Of a DNA stretch of 64,000 nucleotides, positions 50,819 to 60,001 are shown one piece after another (position 1 is the stretch's first letter; every line of letters starts with the position of its first letter). Below the pieces are notes generated by a model. The model was not told the origin of the DNA. It searched no databases and was given only the letters and a program-made list of their open reading frames with translations. This DNA comes from Candidatus Bathyarchaeota archaeon (GTDB taxonomy: Archaea; Thermoproteota; Bathyarchaeia; 40CM-2-53-6; DTDX01): NCBI GenBank assembly GCA_018396775.1, contig JAGTRF010000002.1:14069-78068 (forward strand). The letters run 5' to 3'. A program made the position numbers and the translations under genes.

Positions 50819-52204
50819 ATGAGGAATGAAAATTTGCCTCCTATAAGTTTTATTGAAGTTTTAAATCGAAGCTTGACAGGTCCAGTTTCATCAGAAAAAG
50901 AGTTTGATTATAAAGTTGGCATGAAATTAAGAGAGCTTGTAAAAAAATATGATATTAAATATAATCCAGAAAACCCAATCCCATCTGACAATAGTTTAGC
51001 TGATGATGTATTTAAAGCAGCTGTAGAATTTTATACTGATGTAGGCACTTATTGCATGGATACCGAGCGAAGAATAACATTTACAGAGGATGAAATTAAA
51101 GAAGGAATAAAAAATGTGCCACATGCAACCCTTTTTGGGGAAGGAAATGAAGCAAAATTTTTCTCTGCTAGAACGCTTGAAAGCTCTGAGCATCCATGGT
51201 GTCATGTAGGTGCTGGAATAGCCGTATCCAGTGAAGAACTATTAGTAAAACTTGTTGAAGCTTTTGCAAGCATTCCTGAAACTGATTCCGTAAGCGTTCC
51301 TACATTAACTGAGGTTGATGGCGTTCCTATAAGAACACCGCCATTAGAAGTTTATGGATCAATAAGAATGATTGCTTTAGCTCATGAAGCTATGAAAAGA
51401 GCCGGTCGCCCAGGTTTACCGATTTTAAATTTAGTTTCTACAGCAGCTTCTCAAATAGCTGGAATAGCTGCAACAGCTCCTCAATTTGGGATAAAACCAA
51501 CAGATGGATGGCTTGTAGATGCTTTCCCAGATTTAAAAATGTATAACGATGTTTTAACTAAAGCAGCTTACCTGTTAAACTGGGGCGCAAATATAGGTGC
51601 ATGTTATACACCATTAATAGGTGGATACTCTGGAGGACCTGAAGGAACAGCTATAATGAGTGTTGCTTACTCGATAAACGGGATAATGGTGTTAAAATCA
51701 AGATATCAACTTTACTATGTTTCAAATATAGTAAACGGTTCATCAAGCAGTAGAGACGCTCTTTGGGCTTTATCAGTTAGCGCGCAAGCAATAAGCAGAA
51801 ACATTAAAGTACCTATAATTCATTTATCTTATCAAGCTGCTGGAGCTGCTACAGAAATGCTATTATATGAAATTACAGCAGCTATATTAGCGTCGGTGGC
51901 TTCCGGCATCTCAGTAGAAAGCAACCATCCATCTAAAGCTGTGTTAACCGATCATATAATCCCTATGGAATCTGAATTTTATTGTAAAGTTGCGCATGCT
52001 GTTACTGGCATGAAAAGAAGTGAAGTAAATGAACTTGCAAAAATCCTATTACTTAAATATGAGAAGGATTTAAATAATCCGCCTAAAGGAAAAAAATATC
52101 AAGAATGTTATGATGTTAAAACAGGTAAACCAAAGGAAGAGTATTTAAAATTCTATAAAGTTATGGAGAAAAAAATTATTGATTTAGGAATACAAATTGA
52201 ATAA
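50819..52204 (+). CDS. MtmB-family (monomethylamine methyltransferase-like) corrinoid-dependent methyltransferase, non-pyrrolysine.
   Basis: C-terminal PKGKKYQECYDVKTGKPKEEYLKFY resembles the MtmB C-terminus. AGRPGLPILNLVSTAASQIAG aligns where MtmB encodes Pyl. The ORF is uninterrupted. This rests on my recall of MtmB sequence. Confidence 0.65.
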   Translation: MRNENLPPISFIEVLNRSLTGPVSSEKEFDYKVGMKLRELVKKYDIKYNPENPIPSDNSLADDVFKAAVEFYTDVGTYCMDTERRITFTEDEIKEGIKNVPHATLFGEGNEAKFFSARTLESSEHPWCHVGAGIAVSSEELLVKLVEAFASIPETDSVSVPTLTEVDGVPIRTPPLEVYGSIRMIALAHEAMKRAGRPGLPILNLVSTAASQIAGIAATAPQFGIKPTDGWLVDAFPDLKMYNDVLTKAAYLLNWGANIGACYTPLIGGYSGGPEGTAIMSVAYSINGIMVLKSRYQLYYVSNIVNGSSSSRDALWALSVSAQAISRNIKVPIIHLSYQAAGAATEMLLYEITAAILASVASGISVESNHPSKAVLTDHIIPMESEFYCKVAHAVTGMKRSEVNELAKILLLKYEKDLNNPPKGKKYQECYDVKTGKPKEEYLKFYKVMEKKIIDLGIQIE

Positions 52205-52239
52205 AGTTTATAAAAATAACAAATGGAGGGAAAATTAGG

Positions 52240-52884
52240 TTGTCTTCTAAAGAAGAGATTTTAAATAAGGTTGTTTTGGATTTGTTTAGTTATGATGTTG
52301 ATGGTATTAGGGTTGATGTTGAAAAGGCTTTAGAAAAAGGTTTTTCGCCTTTAGAGGTTATTAACGCCTTATCTAATGGTATGCGTGAGATTGGTGATAA
52401 GTTTGCTAGGCTTGAGCTTTTCTTAACTGATTTAATGATGGCTGGTGACACGATGAAGGCTGCTTTAGAAATATTACTGCCTAAAATTCCTAAAGATAAA
52501 GCTGTAAGTAAAGGCAAAATTGTTATTGGAACTGTTAAAGGGGATATTCATGAAATAGGCAAGAATATTGTTTCAGCCATGTTGACAGCTTCAGGTTTTG
52601 AAGTTTACGATTTAGGGAAGGATGTTCCAGCTTCAAGGTTTCTTGAGGAAGCTGAGAAATTTAAAGCTAATATTATAGGCGCTTCAGCATTAATGACAAC
52701 AACAATACCCGCCTTAAAAGATTTAATAGAATATGTTAAGGCTAAAGGCTTAAGAAATAAATATAAAATAATAGTTGGTGGAGGACCAGTAACAAAAGAA
52801 TATGCGGAGGAAATAGGTGCAGACGCATATGCGGAAAACGCTGTAGAAGCCGTTAAAACAATAAAAAACCTAATAGAAAAATAG
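52240..52884 (+). CDS. Corrinoid (cobalamin-binding) protein, MtmC/MttC-like.
   Basis: Helical cap plus Rossmann B12 domain with GDIHEIGKNIV (DxHxxG). TTG start after GGAGGG. Confidence 0.8.
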   Translation: MSSKEEILNKVVLDLFSYDVDGIRVDVEKALEKGFSPLEVINALSNGMREIGDKFARLELFLTDLMMAGDTMKAALEILLPKIPKDKAVSKGKIVIGTVKGDIHEIGKNIVSAMLTASGFEVYDLGKDVPASRFLEEAEKFKANIIGASALMTTTIPALKDLIEYVKAKGLRNKYKIIVGGGPVTKEYAEEIGADAYAENAVEAVKTIKNLIEK

Positions 52885-52897
52885 AGGAGACACATAT

Positions 52898-54268
52898 ATG
52901 AACTCTGTTAACTTCTTTGAAGTTTTAAAACGCGCTTCATCAGGTCCCATAGTTTCTGAAAAAGAATTTAATATACTGGTTTTTAAAAAGCTTAAAGAAG
53001 TTGTGAAAGAGTACGATATAAAATTTGATGGTGAAACCCCAGTTCCTTTTGATGATAGTTTAGCTGATGATGTATTTAAAGCTGCTTTAGATTTTTATGC
53101 TGATGTAGGCACTTATTGCATGGATACTGAGCGTATAATAAAATTTACAGAGGATGAAATTAAAGAAGGCTTAAAAAATGCTCCTCATAAAGCTTTTTTT
53201 GGAGAAGGAAAAGAAGCGAAAACTTTTATACCTAGAAAACCTGAAAGCAAAGAAACTCCATGGTGTCATGTAGGTGCTGGAATAGCTGTATCTAGTGAAG
53301 AAATTCATTCAAAGTTAGTTGAAGGATACGCTAGCATTCCTGAAGCAGATTCTATAAGCGTTCCAGCATTAGCTTTTATAGAAGGTGTTTCAATAAGGGA
53401 GCCTCCAATAGAATTTTATGGTGCTTTGAAAATGTTAGCTTCAGCTAAAGAAGCTTTAAGAAGAGCCGGTCGTCCAGGCTTACCGATTTTAAATCTTGTT
53501 TCTACAGCGGCCTCTCAAATAGCTGGAATAGCTGCTAGTGCAGCGCAATTTGGCTTAACATCTTCTAACGGATGGTTAGTTCCCACTTATCCAGAATTAA
53601 AAATTGGAAATAATGAGTTATGTAAAATAGCTTATCTGCTTAGTTGGGGAGCAAATATTGGTGCTGAATACTCGCCGTTAATAGGTGGCTACTCTGGTGG
53701 ACCTGAAGGAACAGCAGTAGTGTTTGTTGCTAATTGCATTCAAGGAATACTAGTTTTAAAGTCTACTTATCAACTTGCTTGGATAACAAATGTTATTGAT
53801 AGATGCTCAACTACTAAAGATGCCATATGGGCTTTAGCTGTAAGCGGTCAAGCAATAAGCCGAAATATATCTTTTCCAGTTATTCAATTTCATTATCAAG
53901 CAGCCGGTCCAGCAACTAAAATGCTGCTTTATGAGGTTGCTGCAGGCATGATTGAGATAGTGGCTTCAGGTCAAGCTATAGAAACAGCGCATCCAGCTAG
54001 AGCTGTAGAAATAGATTATGTAACGCCGTTAGAAATGAAATTTTCTGTAGAAATAGCTCATGCAGCAGCAGGAATGAAAAGAACAATGGCAAACGAAATA
54101 GTTAAAGAACTACTAGAAAAATATGAAAATAACATTAAAAATGCTCCTAAGGGAAAAAAATATCAAGAATGCTTTGATTTAAAAACAGGTAAACCTACCG
54201 AAGAATACTTAAGAATATATAATGAAGTGAAAAAAGAGCTTAAAGATATAGGTATCCCATTTGAATAA
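52898..54268 (+). CDS. MtmB-family methyltransferase, second paralog, non-pyrrolysine.
   Basis: Collinear with 50819..52204 (GRPGLPILNLVSTAASQIAG and PKGKKYQECFDLKTGKPTEEYLRIY). About 55-60% identical by eye. Confidence 0.65.
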   Translation: MNSVNFFEVLKRASSGPIVSEKEFNILVFKKLKEVVKEYDIKFDGETPVPFDDSLADDVFKAALDFYADVGTYCMDTERIIKFTEDEIKEGLKNAPHKAFFGEGKEAKTFIPRKPESKETPWCHVGAGIAVSSEEIHSKLVEGYASIPEADSISVPALAFIEGVSIREPPIEFYGALKMLASAKEALRRAGRPGLPILNLVSTAASQIAGIAASAAQFGLTSSNGWLVPTYPELKIGNNELCKIAYLLSWGANIGAEYSPLIGGYSGGPEGTAVVFVANCIQGILVLKSTYQLAWITNVIDRCSTTKDAIWALAVSGQAISRNISFPVIQFHYQAAGPATKMLLYEVAAGMIEIVASGQAIETAHPARAVEIDYVTPLEMKFSVEIAHAAAGMKRTMANEIVKELLEKYENNIKNAPKGKKYQECFDLKTGKPTEEYLRIYNEVKKELKDIGIPFE

Positions 54269-54514
54269 CTTTATAAATTTTTTATTTAAAAGGGGAATCG
54301 GTATGAGTCTAATCTCCCAAAAATGCGTTACAGCTGAAGGCTCTGTAATGAAATTAAGGCAAATTTAGTCATCTCTTATTCTATTGATAAAAAATCTTTA
54401 GTAAACATATGTTAGCTGGAATTCAAAATAACGATTTCGCCTAAAGGCTTTTGGAGGTTTAAATAGTAGTCAAAAGAAAAAATTAGAGAAAGCGTTAAAA
54501 GCCTAAAAATTAAT

Positions 54515-54534
54515 TTGCATTAAGTCTAATGCAA
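54515..54534. promoter_or_regulatory. Palindrome TTGCATTA-AGTC-TAATGCAA in the long AT-rich leader upstream of fae/hps.
   Basis: Perfect 8-bp inverted arms with a 4-bp spacer, about 230 bp upstream of the fae/hps start. Candidate dimeric regulator site. Confidence 0.3.
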
Positions 54535-54761
54535 CTTATAAAATCGAAATAATAAAAATGAAGCTTTAATAGGTTCAATATGTTCCTGTTTAAAGAAAAT
54601 AAACTTTATTATAAATATAACATAAAAATGTCAATTTTATATTATTTACATCATAATTATTTAAAATAAAGTTTAAAATGGTATTTTTAAATCAAAAATA
54701 GTTAAAGTAAAAATGCTTAATTGCATATATTAAAAGGGTTAAGGGGGCAAAAAAGATTATA

Positions 54762-55943
54762 ATGTTTTTAATTGGTGAAGCTCTCGTCGGCTCTGGACCT
54801 GAAGTAGCCCATATAGATTTAATTATAGGCGATAAAGAAGGCGTTGTAGGGCAAGCTTTCGCTACAGGTTTAGCTAGTTTATCTGCGGGGCATACTCCTT
54901 TAGTAGCTGTTATAAGGCCTAATTTACCGCCTAAGCCCTTCACCTTACTTGTTCCTAAAGTAACAATTAAAAATATGGAACAAGCTGCTAAAGTTTTTGG
55001 TTCAGCTCAAGCAGCTGTAGGTAAAGCTGTGGCAGATGCTGTTGAAGAAGGAATTATTCCAAAAGATAAAATTGATGAATGGGTTATTATATGCAGCGTT
55101 TTTATTCATCCAGAAGCTAAAGATTCAAGGCGAATATACCATTATAATTACAGTGCAACTAAACTAGCGCTTAAAAGAGCTTTAATGAATTATCCAAGCT
55201 TAGAGAAAATAATGTATGATAAGGATAGAGCAACTCATCCGATAATGGGCTTTAGAGTTCCAAGATTATGGATGCCGCCCTACCTTCAAGTAGCTTTAGA
55301 TATTCCAGATTTAGAGAAAACAAAAGCTATTGTAGCTGATCTTCCTAAAAGCGATAGAATAATTCTTGAAGCTGGAACCCCGCTTATAAAAAGATACGGC
55401 GCTAGAGTAATTCAAGAATTAAGAGAAATAGTTAAAGATGTTTTTATAATAGCTGATTTAAAAACGCTTGATGTAGGTCAAGTGGAAGTTGATTTAGCTT
55501 ATGAAGAAACAGCAGATGCAGTTGTAGCATCTGGATTAGCTAGCATAGAAACATTAAATAAATTCATTTATGAAGCTAAAAGGCTTGGAATATACGCTGC
55601 AATAGATATGATGGATGTAGTTAACCCATTAAAGCTTTTAGAGCAATTAACTGATTTACCAGATATAGTTATTATTCATAGAGGAATAGATGAGGAAAAA
55701 ATAAAGAAAACAAGATGGGAATTAATTAAAGAGCTTAAAGAAAAATATAAAGATAAAAAAATGCTTATAGCTATAGCCGGAGGAATAGAGCCTTCAACAG
55801 TTCCTTTAGCTTTAGAATCAGGCGCAGATATAATAGTTGTAGGAAGATATATAACGCAATCAAGAGATGTTAAAAAAGCAGCTAGAGAATTCTTAACTCA
55901 GCTAGGCTTAGACATGGATATATTTAGAGTTCACGTAGAATAG
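54762..55943 (+). CDS. fae/hps: Bifunctional formaldehyde-activating enzyme / 3-hexulose-6-phosphate synthase.
   Basis: N-terminal Fae (MFLIGEALVG...VAHIDLIIG). C-terminal OMPDC-fold HPS (LQVALD, ADLKTLD). Confidence 0.8.
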   Translation: MFLIGEALVGSGPEVAHIDLIIGDKEGVVGQAFATGLASLSAGHTPLVAVIRPNLPPKPFTLLVPKVTIKNMEQAAKVFGSAQAAVGKAVADAVEEGIIPKDKIDEWVIICSVFIHPEAKDSRRIYHYNYSATKLALKRALMNYPSLEKIMYDKDRATHPIMGFRVPRLWMPPYLQVALDIPDLEKTKAIVADLPKSDRIILEAGTPLIKRYGARVIQELREIVKDVFIIADLKTLDVGQVEVDLAYEETADAVVASGLASIETLNKFIYEAKRLGIYAAIDMMDVVNPLKLLEQLTDLPDIVIIHRGIDEEKIKKTRWELIKELKEKYKDKKMLIAIAGGIEPSTVPLALESGADIIVVGRYITQSRDVKKAAREFLTQLGLDMDIFRVHVE

Positions 55944-56025
55944 AAACTATTTTTCCCCTGCTTTTTTAAAAGCTAATAACTATGGAAAATAACATTTAAT
56001 AAAACCTATCACTTAAATTGTCTTC

Positions 56026-57267
56026 ATGAATTTTAAAGAAAATATTGTCGATTCAAATTTTTTTAAATGGAAACTGCGGATTTTAATAATTTGGAATATA
56101 TTTTACATTTTTTATTATCTTGGTAGAATCCATTATGGGCTTACGCTTCCTTGGATAAAAGAGGATTTAAAGCTTACAATTATAGAGGCAAGTGTTATAG
56201 CTTCAGGAAGCCTTTGGGCTTATGCTTTAGGCAATATTATATTCGGAAGGCTTAGCGATAAATTAGGTTATAAAAAACTGTTGTTTTCAGCTTCAATATT
56301 TACAGCTTTAATGAATTGGATCGCCAGCTTTGCTTTTTCCTTTAAAACTCTTTTAATTCCATTTATAATTAATGGCTTTATTCAAGCAATGGGTTATGCG
56401 CCTGGTGAAGCTATGGTTGCGCAATGGTGGCGAAGAAAAGAATGGGGAACAACAGTTGGTTTTACAGGTTTAAGTGCATCTCTATCTGTTCTTATTGTTT
56501 GGATTATAACCGGTTGGTTTGCTTCAAATTACGGTTGGAGAGCAGCATGGCGATATCCTTTATTAATAACTTTAACAGTTGGAGTAATGCTTTATCTTAT
56601 TGCTAAAGATAAACCAAGCGATGCAGGATTTCCAAGCTATAACGATTTTAACGAAAATAATCAATCTATAAAAGAAAAACTTAACCCTTATATTTATTTA
56701 CTTTCAAATAAAAAATTTCTATTAATTTGTTTTGTTGGCATATTGCTTTTTATCGGTCGATATGGATTAATAACTTGGATACCTTTATATTATGCTGAAA
56801 GCGGAATAGCTTTATCAATTATTCCATTAACAACTATAACGTTGCCTATAGGGCAAGCTTTAGGCGCTATTTCAGCCGGCTTCATTTCAGATAAAGTTTT
56901 TAAATCTAACCGTTACAAAACCGTATGCATATATGCGGTTGCTGGTTGTTTAACTTTAATTGCTTTAGCTTTAACTTCTATTCGCTTAAACCCAATTCTT
57001 TCAATAACGTTATTAGGTTTAGGGGGCTTCTTCACTTTTGGAGCTGCTATACCTGTTTTTGTATTAGCTTTAGAGGCTGGTGGAAGAGAAATAGCTGGAA
57101 CAGCTGTTGGAATCTTCGACTTCTTTTGTTATATAGGTAGTGGTCTTCAAGGCTTAATTATAGGGTTTATACTTTATGCTACAAACTATAATTGGATAAA
57201 AACATTCATAATTTTAGGCATGTTAATTGCTTTCTCAGCAATTTTAATTTTTGCAGCAAGAAAATAA
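56026..57267 (+). CDS. MFS transporter.
   Basis: 12 TM profile and GRLSDK-type motif between TM2 and TM3. Confidence 0.7.
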   Translation: MNFKENIVDSNFFKWKLRILIIWNIFYIFYYLGRIHYGLTLPWIKEDLKLTIIEASVIASGSLWAYALGNIIFGRLSDKLGYKKLLFSASIFTALMNWIASFAFSFKTLLIPFIINGFIQAMGYAPGEAMVAQWWRRKEWGTTVGFTGLSASLSVLIVWIITGWFASNYGWRAAWRYPLLITLTVGVMLYLIAKDKPSDAGFPSYNDFNENNQSIKEKLNPYIYLLSNKKFLLICFVGILLFIGRYGLITWIPLYYAESGIALSIIPLTTITLPIGQALGAISAGFISDKVFKSNRYKTVCIYAVAGCLTLIALALTSIRLNPILSITLLGLGGFFTFGAAIPVFVLALEAGGREIAGTAVGIFDFFCYIGSGLQGLIIGFILYATNYNWIKTFIILGMLIAFSAILIFAARK

Positions 57268-57311
57268 AAAAGCTAGCTTTAATTAATTGTTCCATTCATA
57301 GATGCTGCGTA

Positions 57312-57698
57312 TTAAAGCTCATCACTTGCAACTGTTTTTACATATTTTTTACCTATTTTATAAAGCTTTGAATCATCTGTAACTAATGTTAAGTTGTTAT
57401 CTATCGCAGCTTGAATATATGATGCATCATAATAGGTTATACCTTCTTCTAAAGCCATTTTTAATATTTTTAAGGCATTTTCAGGTTTTAGCTTCTTTAA
57501 CCTATTGAAGACTTCAATTAAAGAATCTAATGCTATTCTTGCCTCATCAGCTTCTATAGCTTTATATAAATAAACCTGCTTCCAAATAGCATTTCCCAAC
57601 TCATAAAACGTTAAACTTAAAGTCCATCCTTCAAGCAGTTTATCCAATTTTTTTTCTCCACATAAGTTTATTATAGCTGAAGAGTCAAAAAGATTCAT
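57312..57698 (-). CDS. vapC: PIN-domain ribonuclease (VapC toxin).
   Basis: 128 aa with PIN acidic residues. Overlaps the upstream small antitoxin by 4 nt. Confidence 0.7.
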   Translation of the reverse strand: MNLFDSSAIINLCGEKKLDKLLEGWTLSLTFYELGNAIWKQVYLYKAIEADEARIALDSLIEVFNRLKKLKPENALKILKMALEEGITYYDASYIQAAIDNNLTLVTDDSKLYKIGKKYVKTVASDEL

Positions 57699-57922
57699 CT
57701 CTCTTCTCTACTCTCCCTTAAAGATTTAATCCAAGCCTCTTCGCTAACTTTTTTTATAATTTTGCTCGCTTCTTCAACCTTTTTATAAAGGCGTTGTTTC
57801 ATTCTTTCCTCCACTTCCTCTTCAAGCGCTCTTTTAATAACTTCAGAAGGTTTTATTCCTAGCTCAGAAAGCTTTTTTCTAAGCTCTTCATCGATTTTGG
57901 CTGAAACAGTTACATACCTCAA
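57695..57922 (-). CDS. vapB: Ribbon-helix-helix (CopG/VapB-like) antitoxin.
   Basis: YVTVSAKIDEELRKKLSEL has an N-terminal beta-strand followed by a helix. Confidence 0.6.
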   Translation of the reverse strand: MRYVTVSAKIDEELRKKLSELGIKPSEVIKRALEEEVEERMKQRLYKKVEEASKIIKKVSEEAWIKSLRESREER

Positions 57923-58196
57923 TTATACCACCAATATGTATTACATAATTTTACTATATAAATATTACTACTTTATAAGACTCCAATAAAATAAAGTTGA
58001 ATCTTATACACCTGAAAAACCCTAATTTACTACTCACCCTTAAAATTTAACAATCTAAAGGAGAGGCTTTTAAATATGCTGCTCTTACAAAAGAATAAGC
58101 TAAATGCAATATAACGATAGTTGTAAATTAAAAACGTGGAGTCATAAACTAATTTAAGGTATTTAAACCTAACACAATTTAATGAGCAATATAAGA

Positions 58197-58333
58197 TGGT
58201 AGCCCGGGGGAGATTCGAATTCAGGGCTTTAAGCTCTCCCGTCAGCAGGTTGCTTTTCCCTTTTTTAATAGGATCCAGAGCCTTACAGGGGCTTCTGAGC
58301 CCTTGCTATGCTTGACCGCTACACCACCGGGCT
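58197..58333 (-). tRNA. Atypical, likely intron-containing tRNA gene (isotype not resolved by eye).
   Basis: Minus strand. 5' AGCCCGG-TG-GTGT-AGCGGTCAA-GCAT (acceptor plus D-arm with GG). 3' ...TTCGAATCTCCC-CCGGGCT-A-CCA (T-loop, acceptor complement, encoded CCA). About 60 extra nt lie between them. The T-stem partner GGGAG sits 16 nt upstream of the T-loop. Confidence 0.5.
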
Positions 58334-58396
58334 ATAGGCTTCCCCCAGGCTAAGAAATAAGTTTATTTAAAGAGAAAATTAAACTTTTCTTAATTT

Positions 58397-59203
58397 TTAA
58401 ACTGTTTTTAAAACCCTTAAAATTTCTTTGCATAAGTGATTATTTGCAGCTGCTATAAAAGAAGCTTTTTCCTCAGGTGTAACCTTCATGTTCAATTCTT
58501 CCCCATTTAATGAAACAATAACTCCTCCAGCCTCTTTAACTATTAATTGGCTTGCTGCGATATCCACAGCTCTAATCTTATTTCTTGCATCTATAAAAGC
58601 GTCTGTAACGTTGTTTGCTATTTGACAAAGCTCTAACGCGTTAGCTCCAAAATGTCTTGTATGCCGAGCATAATTAAAAAGATTTGCAATCTTTTTTATA
58701 TCTTCACTATTTGTAAAGCATAAATCTAAACCTATTAGAGCTTTATTTAAACTTGTCACATTAGATGTATGGACTTCATTATTATTTAAATATGCTCCTT
58801 TATCTTTTTCAGCGTAATAAACATCTCCATTTACAAGATCCATAACTAAACCTGCATAAACACTTTTTAAAAATAAAGTTTTAGAAACAGCTAAGGAACA
58901 GCAATAAAAATTTATGCCTCTTAAAGCGTTTAATGTGCCATCTATAGGATCAAGAATTATAAATTCTTTAGGTTTTTCCCCCAGCTTTTTTACCCCAGCT
59001 TCCTCGCTTACTAAAATGCATGAAACATTAAGTTTATTTAAAGTTTCAATTACCGTTTTCTCCGCTATATAATCCACTTTTCTAGTTATATCCCCTCCAG
59101 CTCCTTGACCCAATTCTTCACCAGCTTCCTTTAAGCTTAACGTTAACTTCACGTTTCTCTTAACCTCTTCACAAGTTTCCCTTAAAATTTTAAACCAATC
59201 CAT
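58397..59203 (-). CDS. Inositol monophosphatase / fructose-1,6-bisphosphatase family protein.
   Basis: ILDPIDGT and EEAG...DLV metal-binding motifs. Confidence 0.75.
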   Translation of the reverse strand: MDWFKILRETCEEVKRNVKLTLSLKEAGEELGQGAGGDITRKVDYIAEKTVIETLNKLNVSCILVSEEAGVKKLGEKPKEFIILDPIDGTLNALRGINFYCCSLAVSKTLFLKSVYAGLVMDLVNGDVYYAEKDKGAYLNNNEVHTSNVTSLNKALIGLDLCFTNSEDIKKIANLFNYARHTRHFGANALELCQIANNVTDAFIDARNKIRAVDIAASQLIVKEAGGVIVSLNGEELNMKVTPEEKASFIAAANNHLCKEILRVLKTV

Positions 59204-59254
59204 CTTAACTTTTCGCCTCCTCGATTTTACATTATTTCAGCTTTAAATCAATTT

Positions 59255-60001
59255 TTACTCAAAAGCAATCTTCATGAAACCCATAAAGCTTACGCCTATC
59301 AAGAAAAGAGTAAAAGATAAAATAGATTTTTTAAATTCAGGCTGTTTATGAAGTTCAGGAATAAGATCTGAAGCTGCTATATAAAGGAATCCTCCAGCTG
59401 TAAAAGGAATTAAATGTGAAGCTATATTCTCCACATATGTAATAAAAAAGTAGCCGAATAAAGCTCCAAAAACAGCTGTTAAAGCTGATATAAAATTCCA
59501 AAATAAAGCTTTAAACTTAGTGAATCCCCCATAAATAAGCACACCAAAATCTCCAAGTTCTTGAGGGATCTCATGAGCTATCACAGCTATTGTTGTGGTT
59601 ATGCCAAGCGGTATACCAACGATAAAACTTGCAGCTATAATTAAACCATCTATAAAATTGTGAATTCCATCTCCAATTAAATTTAAGTAAGTAAACATGT
59701 GAATAGGGCATTTTTCTTCATGGCAATGACGCCAATAAAGAATCTTCTCTAAAAGAAAAAATAATGTAAACCCAAGTATAACATAAAGAAAAATCACTAT
59801 GCTATTGGTTTGGCTTAAAGCTTCTGGAAGAAGATGAATAAAAGCTCCACCAATTAATGCTCCAGCTGAAAAACCAACTAAAGAAAACAATATATTATTT
59901 AAAACTTTCTCTTTAATAATTAATGTGAATAAGCCGATTAAGGATATAAAACTTACCAAAATAACGCTTCCTAAAATCCAAATTAAAACGTTAAAATCCA
60001 A
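59255..60001 (-). CDS. ZIP-family metal (zinc) transporter.
   Basis: HEIPQELGDF and HNFIDG motifs. His-rich loop HCHEEKCPIH. TTG start. Confidence 0.7.
   Translation of the reverse strand: MDFNVLIWILGSVILVSFISLIGLFTLIIKEKVLNNILFSLVGFSAGALIGGAFIHLLPEALSQTNSIVIFLYVILGFTLFFLLEKILYWRHCHEEKCPIHMFTYLNLIGDGIHNFIDGLIIAASFIVGIPLGITTTIAVIAHEIPQELGDFGVLIYGGFTKFKALFWNFISALTAVFGALFGYFFITYVENIASHLIPFTAGGFLYIAASDLIPELHKQPEFKKSILSFTLFLIGVSFMGFMKIAFE

Noticed and set aside
36206-52895. Further overlapping ORFs from the track (36206..36529, 38545..38733, 38847..39029, 39228..39488, 41389..41625, 43767..44150, 47419..47643, 49316..49585, 50996..51205, 52290..52517, 52605..52895).
   Set aside because: Each is antisense or out of frame within a gene that has strong family motifs (gatE, MNT, hisF, hisB, hisG, permease, phosphoesterase, MtmB-like, corrinoid protein).
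50819-54268. Possibility that the MtmB/MttB homologs use pyrrolysine (in-frame TAG read-through).
   Set aside because: All three methyltransferase ORFs are continuous without an internal TAG. No pylT-like tRNA or pylBCDS genes are visible in the window.
54692-57140. ORFs 54692..54943(-), 56424..56606(+), 56925..57140(+).
   Set aside because: They overlap the fae/hps start region or lie out of frame inside the MFS transporter. Cys/Phe-rich low-complexity translations.
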